From assembly GCA_009841185.1 (NCBI GenBank), contig VXMG01000121.1, positions 20,271 through 84,270 of the forward strand: 64,000 nt of DNA, read 5' to 3'. The first letter of the stretch is position 1. Each line of letters begins with the position of its first letter. Shown piece by piece: positions 56,407-64,000 of the stretch. The notes under the pieces were generated by a model. The model was not told where the DNA came from, did no database searches, and saw only the letters and a program-made list of their open reading frames with translations. The position numbers were made by a program, and so were the translations under genes. This DNA comes from Gammaproteobacteria bacterium. Lineage in GTDB: Bacteria > Gemmatimonadota > Gemmatimonadetes > Longimicrobiales > Gaopeijiaceae.

Positions 56407-57861
56407 ATGGGTCCCAGGGCGACACATATGAGCCCGTACCGGACAGACCAACGAGCGGCATCTCGCATGATTCGGCGGCGGGACAAGAGTGTGACTGTGG
56501 CCCGATCGGGCGAGGACACCGATACCCCCGTCTCCAGCGGAACCCCGCGTAGTTCGCACCCTCTGACCCGCCGATCCCTCCTGCGATCCGGGTTCGCCGC
56601 GCTGGCCGCCGCCCCCTTCGCGAAGCCGCTGGCCGCCTCCGCTTCGTCCATTCGCCGGAGCCGCCGCAACGTCGTCAAGCAGGCCGATGACATCGTACTC
56701 GGCGTGTCGGCTGCGTTCTCGGGCCCGTCTCGCGGTCTGGGCACCGAGCTGTATCGTGGCGCGATGGCTTGGTTCAGCTACGTCAATGACAATGGAGGAG
56801 TGAACGGCCGCCGGATCGTCCTCAAGCTCTACGACGACGGATACCAGCCCGATACGTGCGTCGCGAACACGCTCCGCCTCATGCAGGAGGACGACGTCTT
56901 CCTGCTCTTCGGGTACGTCGGCACGCCGACCGTCACCCGGGTGCTGCCGCTGCTGAAGAGATTCAGCGACCGGCAGGTTTACCTCTTCTTTCCCTTCACG
57001 GGCGCGGAGCCGCAGCGCGAACCTCCCTACGGGGAGTTCGCCTTCAACCTGCGTGCCTCGTACCGGCAGGAGACGGCCGGGCTGGTCGACAATTTCGTCC
57101 GCATCGGACGCCGGCGCGTAGCGGTCTTCTATCAGATCGACGCGTACGGGCGAAGCGGCTGGGCAGGAGTGCGAGAGGCGCTGGCACGGCACGGAGAGAC
57201 GATCGCGGGCGAGGCCACCTACACGCGCGGCACCCCGTTCGGCGCGAGCATGAGGCGACAGGTGGAGATCCTGAGGGCCGGGTCGCCGGACGCCGTGATC
57301 TGTATCGGCGCCTACGCCGCGTGCGCCGCCTTCGCGCGCGACGCCGTCGATCTGGGGCTGCACGTGCCGGTGGCCAACCTGTCGTTCGTGGGGAGCGAGA
57401 ACCTGCAGCGGGTCCTGCGCGAGAGACGCTCCGACCCGGATTCGTACACCCGGTTCCTGGTCAACTCACAGGTCGTGCCCGCCTTCGACGACGCTACGTT
57501 CCCGTCCGTGAACGAATACCATCGGCTGATGTTCCAGTACGACCCTCAACTGCCCGAGGATCTCGAGAAACTCGCCGAGGGTGAATCGTATCAACCCCTT
57601 GCCCGCGGATTCGTCAGCCTCGAGGGGTTTCTCAACGCGAAGCTGATGACGGAAATCCTGCGGCGCCTGGGCGGGCGTCCGGACAGGTCCCAATTGCAGC
57701 AGGCGGTCTTCACCGTCCGCGACTTCCCCCTGGGAATCGGCGAATCCGTGTCGTTCGGACCCGACCGCCGGCAGGGGATGCAGAGAGTCTACTATACCGT
57801 TGCCGAGGGCGACCACTTCGCGCTTCTCGACAACTGGGAAGCGAAGTTCGGCGTGTCGTGA
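56407..57861 (+). CDS. Type-I periplasmic substrate-binding protein (LivJ/Peripla_BP_6-like) with a Tat signal
   Basis: 'TRRSLLRSGFAALAAAPFA' twin-arginine signal. 'IVLGVSAAFSGPSRGLG...VNDNGGVNGRRIVLKLYDDGYQPD'. The start is uncertain (ATGs at 56407, 56428 and 56467). Confidence 0.8.
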   Translation: MGPRATHMSPYRTDQRAASRMIRRRDKSVTVARSGEDTDTPVSSGTPRSSHPLTRRSLLRSGFAALAAAPFAKPLAASASSIRRSRRNVVKQADDIVLGVSAAFSGPSRGLGTELYRGAMAWFSYVNDNGGVNGRRIVLKLYDDGYQPDTCVANTLRLMQEDDVFLLFGYVGTPTVTRVLPLLKRFSDRQVYLFFPFTGAEPQREPPYGEFAFNLRASYRQETAGLVDNFVRIGRRRVAVFYQIDAYGRSGWAGVREALARHGETIAGEATYTRGTPFGASMRRQVEILRAGSPDAVICIGAYAACAAFARDAVDLGLHVPVANLSFVGSENLQRVLRERRSDPDSYTRFLVNSQVVPAFDDATFPSVNEYHRLMFQYDPQLPEDLEKLAEGESYQPLARGFVSLEGFLNAKLMTEILRRLGGRPDRSQLQQAVFTVRDFPLGIGESVSFGPDRRQGMQRVYYTVAEGDHFALLDNWEAKFGVS

Positions 57862-57914
57862 CCAGGACGGCATTGTTGCGAAGCCACCGAAGGGCAGGAA
57901 GGGGGTGGGGTTCA

Positions 57915-60797
57915 ATGATGAGATCAGCAGCAGCCATCGCCGTGTTCTTCGCCCTCGCGCACGCGGGTCCGGCCGCCGCGCAGGGGACTTTGCGGGGAAC
58001 GGTCACTCTGGCCGGCTCGGGCAGTGCCATAGCGGGAGCCCAGGTCAGCCTGGCAGGCCTGAACATCGGGACCATAACCGGTGCCGACGGCACCTACCAG
58101 GTCGAGCCCATCCCGGCGGGAATCCACGAAGTGGTGATCGTGCTGATCGGCTACGAAACGGAACGGCGGCAGGTGACCATCGCGGATGGCCAGCCGACCA
58201 CACTGAACGTCGTGCTCAGCGAGACGGTGCTCGAACTCGAGGGCGTGGTCGCCGTCGGGAGCCGCGCGCGGCCCCGCACCGTCACGGAGTCGCCCGTCCC
58301 CGTCGACGTGATTCCGGCCCCGGAGATTCTGCAGCAGGGCGACACCGACTTCGCCAACCTGCTGCGCAACGTGGTTCCGTCGTTCAACGTCAATATTCAG
58401 CCCATCAGCGATGCGGCCACCTTCGTGCGGCCCGCGAACCTCCGCGGCCTCGCCCCGGACCACACCCTCGTCCTCGTCAACGGGAAACGGCGCCATCGCG
58501 GGGCGGTCATCACCTGGTACGGCAACGGCCTCTCCGACGGCTCGCAGGGCCCCGACATCGCGCTCATCCCGGGGCTGGTGCTGCAGCAGGCCGAGGTCCT
58601 GCGCGACGGCGCCTCCGCCCAGTACGGCTCCGACGCGATCGCAGGCGTCGTGAACTTCGTCCTCAGGAACGACCGCTCCGGCGGCTCCATCGACTTCAAG
58701 ACCGGCGGGTACGCCCTGGGGGAGACCAGCGAGCCGTTCGAGGAAGGCACGTTCCCCGGGGATGGCGAGGTGTACACGCTGTCCGGCAACGTGGGACTGC
58801 CGCTGGGGGAAACCGGCTTCCTCAACCTGACCGGCGAGTACGGCAACGCCAATCCCACGGACCGCAGCACGCAGCGCAACGATGCCCTGGCGCTGCTGGC
58901 GTCGGGCAACTCGAGCGTCCGGGCGCCGGCGCAGGTCTGGGGCGCTCCCCAAGTGTCCAACGAGCTCAAGCTGTGGGCGAACATGGGGTATCTGTTCAAC
59001 GACAACCTGCAGCTCTATTCCCACGGCAACTACGTGAGCAAGCAGGTCGAGGGCGGCTTCTACTTCCGCAACCCGGGCACGCGCAGCGGGGTGTTCGGGA
59101 CGAGGAACGCCGATGGCGAGCGGATCCTCCTCATCGGCGACATGCTCGACGCGCGCGACGGCGTGCTGGACGGATCGGCGGGCTGCCCCGAGGTGCGGGT
59201 CGACGATGACGGTGTCGTGCTCGACCAGGGGGCGCTCGACCAGGTCCTCGCCGACCCCGACTGCTTCACCTTCCAGAAGCTCTTCCCCGGGGGATTCACC
59301 CCGCAGTTCGGCTCATACCTTCTCGACGCATCCGCGGTGGCCGGGCTGAAAGGCGCCAGCGGCGATCTGAGCTGGGACGCGAGCGCGTCCTGGGGCCGGT
59401 CCAACCTCGACTTCTACATGTACAACACGGTGAACGCCTCGCTTGGACCCGACCAGCCCTGTGCCGACGCGAGCCGGGACATCTCCTTCGTCGTGCCGGA
59501 TCAACCCTGCACGCCCTGGTTCAACCCGGGGATCTACGATCAGCAGGAGACCAACTTCAACGCGGACCTCTCCTACGCCCTCAATGAGCGGACCAACCTC
59601 GCGGGCGGCGCCGAGTGGCGCAACGAGCGCTTCGAGATCATCCGGGGCAGCACGGAATCGTGGACCGAGGGCCCGCTCGCGACGCAGGGATTCACCCCCG
59701 GCTCCAACGGGTTCACCGGATTCGGCCCCCTTACCGAGGGAGCCTGGAACCGGAACAACTTCGCCGCCTACGGCGACCTGGAGGTCCGTGAACCCGAGGG
59801 CGCATGGACGTTCGGTGCGGCGGGCCGCGTCGAGCGGTTTTCGGACTTCGGGACGACGGTCAACGGGAAGCTCGCAGGACGCGTGAGTGCGTCGGAGAAC
59901 CTGGGGCTCCGAGCCAGCGTCAGCACCGGCTTCCGCGCCCCCTCGCCGGGACAGCAGAACGCGTTCAACATCTCGACGATCTACGATCCCGCCATCATGG
60001 ACCTGACCAACAACGGCACGATCCCGTCGACGTCACCGCTGGCGCGGGAGTTCGGCGGCGAGCCGCTCAAGCCGGAGACATCCGTCAACCTGGCCCTGGG
60101 GACGGTGTACGACGATGGCCCGTTCAGCCTTTCGCTGGACTTCTTCCAGATCAGGGTTTCGGACCGCCTGACGACCAGCGCCGACCGGGAGCTGACCCCG
60201 GCGGAGATCGAGCAGCTCATCGCCCAGGACATCATCCGGCCGGGCGGCGTGCTCGCGCGCTTCCGCTTCTTCATCAACGACTTCGCGACCCGGACGGACG
60301 GCATCGACCTGGTGGGCGCGTACGATGTTCGGGGAGCGGGCGGTTCCACGACAACCTTCAGCAGCGCGTGGAACTGGACCCGGACCACGGTGACCGACTT
60401 CAACCCGAATACGCTCACCTCACACCGGATCCGCATACTCGAGCAAGGACTCCCCGGCGTGCGCGGCAACCTCGCCATGAATCACGCCTTCACGGGCGGA
60501 TCCCGCCTCCTGGTGCGCGCCAGCTACTGGGGCGGCTACTTCGACGGCGAGCAGCCCTACTACGAGTCGAACCCGGAAAACACCATGGACTACCCGGCCC
60601 GCATCCTCTTCGATGTGGAGGCGTCCCGAAAGCTCGCCGAGCGCTGGACGCTCACGGCCGGCGCCCAGAACCTGCTCAACACCTATCCCGAGGAGTATCC
60701 GGGCGCCGCGGCCGGCGTCGGCAACCGCTTCGGCCAGTTCACCCCCTTCGGCTTCAACGGCGGCTTCTACTACACTCGACTCGGCTACAGCTGGTAG
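57915..60797 (+). CDS. TonB-dependent receptor with a CarboxypepD_reg N-terminal domain
   Basis: Signal peptide MMRSAAAIAVFFALAHAGPAAAQ. Plug 'LVLVNGKRRH' and 'AEVLRDGASAQYGSDAIAGVVNFVLR'. C-terminal '...YTRLGYSW'. Confidence 0.95.
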   Translation: MMRSAAAIAVFFALAHAGPAAAQGTLRGTVTLAGSGSAIAGAQVSLAGLNIGTITGADGTYQVEPIPAGIHEVVIVLIGYETERRQVTIADGQPTTLNVVLSETVLELEGVVAVGSRARPRTVTESPVPVDVIPAPEILQQGDTDFANLLRNVVPSFNVNIQPISDAATFVRPANLRGLAPDHTLVLVNGKRRHRGAVITWYGNGLSDGSQGPDIALIPGLVLQQAEVLRDGASAQYGSDAIAGVVNFVLRNDRSGGSIDFKTGGYALGETSEPFEEGTFPGDGEVYTLSGNVGLPLGETGFLNLTGEYGNANPTDRSTQRNDALALLASGNSSVRAPAQVWGAPQVSNELKLWANMGYLFNDNLQLYSHGNYVSKQVEGGFYFRNPGTRSGVFGTRNADGERILLIGDMLDARDGVLDGSAGCPEVRVDDDGVVLDQGALDQVLADPDCFTFQKLFPGGFTPQFGSYLLDASAVAGLKGASGDLSWDASASWGRSNLDFYMYNTVNASLGPDQPCADASRDISFVVPDQPCTPWFNPGIYDQQETNFNADLSYALNERTNLAGGAEWRNERFEIIRGSTESWTEGPLATQGFTPGSNGFTGFGPLTEGAWNRNNFAAYGDLEVREPEGAWTFGAAGRVERFSDFGTTVNGKLAGRVSASENLGLRASVSTGFRAPSPGQQNAFNISTIYDPAIMDLTNNGTIPSTSPLAREFGGEPLKPETSVNLALGTVYDDGPFSLSLDFFQIRVSDRLTTSADRELTPAEIEQLIAQDIIRPGGVLARFRFFINDFATRTDGIDLVGAYDVRGAGGSTTTFSSAWNWTRTTVTDFNPNTLTSHRIRILEQGLPGVRGNLAMNHAFTGGSRLLVRASYWGGYFDGEQPYYESNPENTMDYPARILFDVEASRKLAERWTLTAGAQNLLNTYPEEYPGAAAGVGNRFGQFTPFGFNGGFYYTRLGYSW

Positions 60798-60873
60798 GCT
60801 GAGGCGGCGGGCTGTTCTGCCCGCGTGATCCAGCCCCTCGCGCTATCCGGCGCCCGCGCGTTTTGCCGCCCCG

Positions 60874-60909
60874 CCGCGTCTTCCAATACCGGCGCGTCTT
60901 CCAGTTCCG
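60874..60909. repeat. 18-bp tandem repeat x2
   Basis: cgcgtcttccaataccgg / cgcgtcttccagttccgt, 15 of 18 identical. Read directly. Confidence 0.8.
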
Positions 60910-60934
60910 TCGCGCGGCGGAGGGCGGGAACCAG

Positions 60935-60988
60935 AACTCACTCCAGCGACTCCTCCATCGCAACTCACCCCAGGGACTCTTCCATCGC
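60935..60988. repeat. 27-bp tandem repeat x2 spanning the HNH gene stop codon
   Basis: aactcactccagcgactcctccatcgc / aactcaccccagggactcttccatcgc, 24 of 27 identical. The second copy encodes the C-terminal residues of the HNH protein. Confidence 0.8.
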
Positions 60989-62593
60989 TTCGCGCGCCGC
61001 AGCCTCGATTCTCCAGGGGATGGCGGAATCACGATAGAGCGCCGCTCCGTTGGAGAGCCTGGGATCCTCGCCCACTCGCGGGGCGCCGTGATGCGCTGAT
61101 GGGACCGGTGGCAAGCCCGGACTCTCGCCACCACGAGCCGCTTTGGGCCTTCGCGGCGCGTCCACCAGCACCCTCCCCTTGGGCGTGAAGAACAGCACCG
61201 TCCCGTCACCGTTCACGGATACCTTGACCCGCCCCTCATGAACGGCGCGATGATGCCGCCGGCAGAGGAGCAGCGTGTTCCGGAGGCTGGTCTCGCCCCC
61301 GTCGGCCCAGTGCTTCACGTGATGCGCCTCGGTGAACGTGCAGCCACACCCTTGAAAGCGGCATCCCCGGTCCCGGTCCTCCAGCGCCCGGCGGATGTGC
61401 GGCGGAATCGTGCGCGTCCGTCGCCCAACGTTCAGCATCGAGCCGTCCTTCGCGTGGACCATCGCGACCACCGCCGCGTCGCACGCCATGCGCCGCGACG
61501 TTTCCGCGGAAATGCGAATCCCGTCCAGATCCGAGCGTCCGGGCTCATCCTCGGCCGCGAGCGTCGCGGCATCGCAATGGACCATGACCTGGTAGCGCTC
61601 GGCCCGAGTGCCGGACCCGACTCGGGCTGACGTGTTCGCCCCATTCTCCGCTTTGCCTCCCGGCGTTTCCGCGGGCGCTCCCCGCAGGGCTGCATTGGAT
61701 TCGGTGGTCTGAGCACCATCAAGTTCATCGAGGTCGCGACCCACTTCGTCCGCATCGCCCTCCGATTCGAGGCGCTCGCCACCTCCGAACCCGGCCGCCA
61801 GCGCCCGCTCGGCCAAGAGCCCCACGGCATCCGCGCGGCGCTGCTTCGGCTCCGGACGCGCATCGGCCGCCTCGCAACCGACGCCCCTTCCACTTCCCGC
61901 CGCGTCTTGGGCATCGCCCTCGTGACTGCCGGAACCGGGTCCCTCCTCGCGTCGGAACAGCGCATCCGACGCCGCCTCCACCGCCCGCATCAGCACGGCC
62001 CCGACCTCCGGCTCGAGCCGGCCCTTCACCACGTACATCCCGTCGCCGTCCACGAAGACCGAGAAGGTGCGGCTTCGGCGCCGGGCCTGCTCGGCCGTCA
62101 ATTCCGCGTCGCGCGACAGCTTCTTCCACATGCGCACCGTCCGCTCCAGCTTCGCCGCCGAGCCCGCGCGCGCGAACTCGAGCAGCTCCGCCTCGCGCTC
62201 CGGGGTCGCAACCCGGGTCAGCGCCCGCACCTTGGCGTAGGAGATGGTCCCGTGCTTAAGAGCGTCTGCCGTCTGCGGCAGTCGCTCGAGCGCGCGGGCG
62301 GTCCGCACCCGTTCGCGGGCCGTGCCGATCTTCGTGCCGATCCTCCAGGCCAGCCATTCGGCGCAGGAGGAGTAGCCGCCGTCCTTCCACCCGCCCCGGC
62401 GGTCGAACTCGGCGATCAGTGTCATCATGCGCGCTTCGGCGGAGTTGATGCGGGCCGCCAGCTCCGCGATGCGCTCGCCCAGTCTGCGGAGTTCGTCGTC
62501 GTCACCATCGCCCGCGGCGCGATTCGGGGCGTTCTCGGGACCGGAGGGCGCGGGGTTGGCGGCGAGTCGGAGACCGGTCGGTTCCCGCACCAT
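60965..62593 (-). CDS. DUF222-domain HNH endonuclease (13E12-repeat-family type)
   Basis: The N-terminal helical DUF222-like region includes 'ARMMTLIAEFDRRGGWKDGGYSSCAEWLAWR'. C-terminal HNH 'CRFQGCGCTFTEAHHVKHWADGGETSLRNTLLLCRRHHRAVHEG'. Confidence 0.9.
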   Translation of the reverse strand: MVREPTGLRLAANPAPSGPENAPNRAAGDGDDDELRRLGERIAELAARINSAEARMMTLIAEFDRRGGWKDGGYSSCAEWLAWRIGTKIGTARERVRTARALERLPQTADALKHGTISYAKVRALTRVATPEREAELLEFARAGSAAKLERTVRMWKKLSRDAELTAEQARRRSRTFSVFVDGDGMYVVKGRLEPEVGAVLMRAVEAASDALFRREEGPGSGSHEGDAQDAAGSGRGVGCEAADARPEPKQRRADAVGLLAERALAAGFGGGERLESEGDADEVGRDLDELDGAQTTESNAALRGAPAETPGGKAENGANTSARVGSGTRAERYQVMVHCDAATLAAEDEPGRSDLDGIRISAETSRRMACDAAVVAMVHAKDGSMLNVGRRTRTIPPHIRRALEDRDRGCRFQGCGCTFTEAHHVKHWADGGETSLRNTLLLCRRHHRAVHEGRVKVSVNGDGTVLFFTPKGRVLVDAPRRPKAARGGESPGLPPVPSAHHGAPRVGEDPRLSNGAALYRDSAIPWRIEAAAREAMEESLG

Positions 62594-62865
62594 CGCGGGC
62601 CACGAGGAGAGCTTCCGGCGAGTGTCTTAGAGAATGTCCGCAGGTGCGATCATGGATTCTCCCAACGCAAGATTGTACAATGACTTACGTATAAATATAA
62701 CGCCACTGGAATCGGCCTCTCAGGATGCCCTGTAGTGGCCGAAACGCGGTTGGGAGACCTTCGGAGCAGGAAGCCGCCTGCGAATGGCGTCAGCAAGCGC
62801 GCCAGCGCCTCTGACGGGCCGGAGAAGATGGGGTCTCGGAGTTCGCCAGATCATGGCACCCAGAT

Positions 62866-62900
62866 CCGTCAATGGCAGAATGGGACACACGCATGTGAAT
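62866..62900. repeat. 35-bp direct repeat, copy 1
   Basis: ccgtcaatggcagaatgggacacacgcatgtgaat. 32 of 35 identical to copy 2. Confidence 0.85.
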
Positions 62901-62968
62901 CTGGGACGCGGCGCGCGGGTGTCGCCGACCTCTTGACTGGACTACTGTCCAGTGGCCGACGCGACCGC

Positions 62969-63003
62969 CCGTCAATGGCAGAATGGGCCACGCACATGTG
63001 AAT
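62969..63003. repeat. 35-bp direct repeat, copy 2
   Basis: ccgtcaatggcagaatgggccacgcacatgtgaat. A 7-bp perfect hairpin/palindrome ACTGGAC-tact-GTCCAGT (62936-62953) lies between the copies. Confidence 0.85.
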
Positions 63004-63410
63004 TGAGAACGGCGCCGGGAACCGCGAGTCCATCGGCAATTCGGTGCTGTACGCTGGTCGGGATCGCGCGGGCCGCGAACTGCTGGCACCAGCCCGCCTG
63101 CGCCGCGAACGGTCGACGCCGAGGAAGACGGGAACCGTCAGGATCCTGGTGGGCGGGGGCGAGTCGTTCCCGGTCCAGGTTTCCGCGGAAACGCTCGCCG
63201 GTGCATGACCATGAGCCCGCATTCGGCGTGGCTTTGCGTGAGTGCGCTCCCGATTGCCGAACCGATGCCGCAGGCCCGTGCGCGACGCAGCCTGGTCCCG
63301 ATAGATTCCCCGAGACCGTCATCGCGGGTGAGCCGCGGCAGGCACGGTCCGGGCAGCCACTTGGCGCCCGAACGCACCACCTTCATCACACGATTTGCGG
63401 AGGACTTCCA

Positions 63411-64000
63411 ATGACCACACGAAAGCAGGCGAGCGATTTCCCCCAGGAGGTGCTGGCTCTCTTCGATGGCTACGTGCACGGGTTCATTCAGCGCCGGGAC
63501 TTCCTGGAGGGAGCCGGCAAGGTGCTGGGCGGTGGCGCGGCCGCCCTCGCGGTCCTCGAGGCGCTTCGTCCCAACTACGCCTGGGCGCGGCAGGTGGAGC
63601 TCGAGGACGCCCGAATCCAGCAGGAATACGTCACCTATCCGTCGCCGAGCGGCTCGGGGACGATGCGCGGCTACATGGCCACGCCCGCGGGCGCGACGGA
63701 AGCCAGACCCGCGGTTCTGGTCATCCACGAGAATCGCGGACTCAACCCCTACATCGAAGACGTGGTGCGCAGGTTCGCCGCGGCGGATTTCGTGGCGCTG
63801 GGGCCGGATGCGCTCACGCCCCTGGGCGGCTATCCCGGCAACGACGACGAAGGCCGGGAGATGCAGCGGCAACTCGACAGGGACGTGATGATGGAGGACT
63901 GGGTGGCCGCGTTCCGGTTCCTGCGGGATCACGATGCGACCACCGGGCGCGTCGGGGCGGTCGGGTTCTGCTACGGCGGCGGGGTCGTGAATCAGCTCGC
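63411..64000 (+). CDS. Dienelactone hydrolase family protein, 3'-truncated by the window edge
   Basis: Not in the ORF track because it runs off the end. GGAGG Shine-Dalgarno sequence, then ATG at 63411. My own translation is MTTRKQASDFPQEVLALFDGYVHG...MRGYMATPAGATEARPAVLVIHENRGLNPYIEDVVRRFAAADFVALGPD...GAVGFCYGGG, which carries DLH motifs. Confidence 0.85.
   Translation, partial: MTTRKQASDFPQEVLALFDGYVHGFIQRRDFLEGAGKVLGGGAAALAVLEALRPNYAWARQVELEDARIQQEYVTYPSPSGSGTMRGYMATPAGATEARPAVLVIHENRGLNPYIEDVVRRFAAADFVALGPDALTPLGGYPGNDDEGREMQRQLDRDVMMEDWVAAFRFLRDHDATTGRVGAVGFCYGGGVVNQL

Noticed and set aside
62866-63003. CRISPR array
   Set aside because: There are only two repeat copies, they are imperfect, the spacer is 68 nt, and there are no cas genes. 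No other regularly spaced repeats were seen in the window.
60798-63410. Integrated prophage or IS element
   Set aside because: No integrase, transposase, terminal inverted repeats or tRNA target were recognised. Only the HNH/DUF222 gene and short local repeats are present, so it is reported as an islet of uncertain origin rather than called a mobile element.

Overview
The window is a very GC-rich bacterial chromosomal segment. Its gene content suggests a Gemmatimonadota-like organism: SusC/SusD pairs, CarboxypepD_reg TonB receptors, BNR/sortilin proteins and many secreted peptidases and amidases. That lineage call is inference only. I support about 40 protein-coding genes, and most long antisense ORFs in the six-frame track are GC artefacts. 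I recognised no rRNA, tRNA, CRISPR array, transposase or integrase.

Layout:
- 2-3907: 5'-truncated STAND/NACHT-type NTPase with a C-terminal PD-(D/E)xK-like module.
- 3.9-7.5 kb (-): ABC ATPase, ABC-2 permease and an amidohydrolase-CIA30 fusion, in one operon.
- 7.6-7.7 kb: 25-codon HigA-like relic.
- 7.8-9.5 kb: amidase.
- 9.7-20.9 kb: the most interesting block. It holds a Neverland/KshA-like Rieske oxygenase, an MpaB-family oxygenase, a spondin_N lipoprotein, a GOLPH3/GPP34-cytochrome P450 fusion, an RND pump with no adaptor gene, a full-length ERG6-type sterol C-24 methyltransferase, a ~35-codon relic of a steroid 5-alpha-reductase-family gene, and a hydrophobic-compound-type outer-membrane channel. 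I read this as a candidate sterol or steroid-like lipid tailoring and trafficking locus.
- 21-64 kb: NCS2 permease with an extra C-terminal domain, two S9 peptidases, an FAD reductase, a TLC/MFS-like transporter, a secreted triple-RidA fusion with an oxidoreductase and an amidase, recQ, SulP-STAS, a BNR/sortilin protein, an M24 peptidase, an ECF sigma/anti-sigma module, CapA, small OMPs, a barrel-less double-plug protein, SusC/SusD, tandem channel-like paralogs, an orphan Tat substrate-binding protein plus TonB receptor, a DUF222-HNH endonuclease flanked by small repeats and ~0.8 kb of non-coding DNA, and a 3'-truncated dienelactone hydrolase.

All family calls rest on motifs I recognise by eye in the translations. 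No alignments or searches were run.
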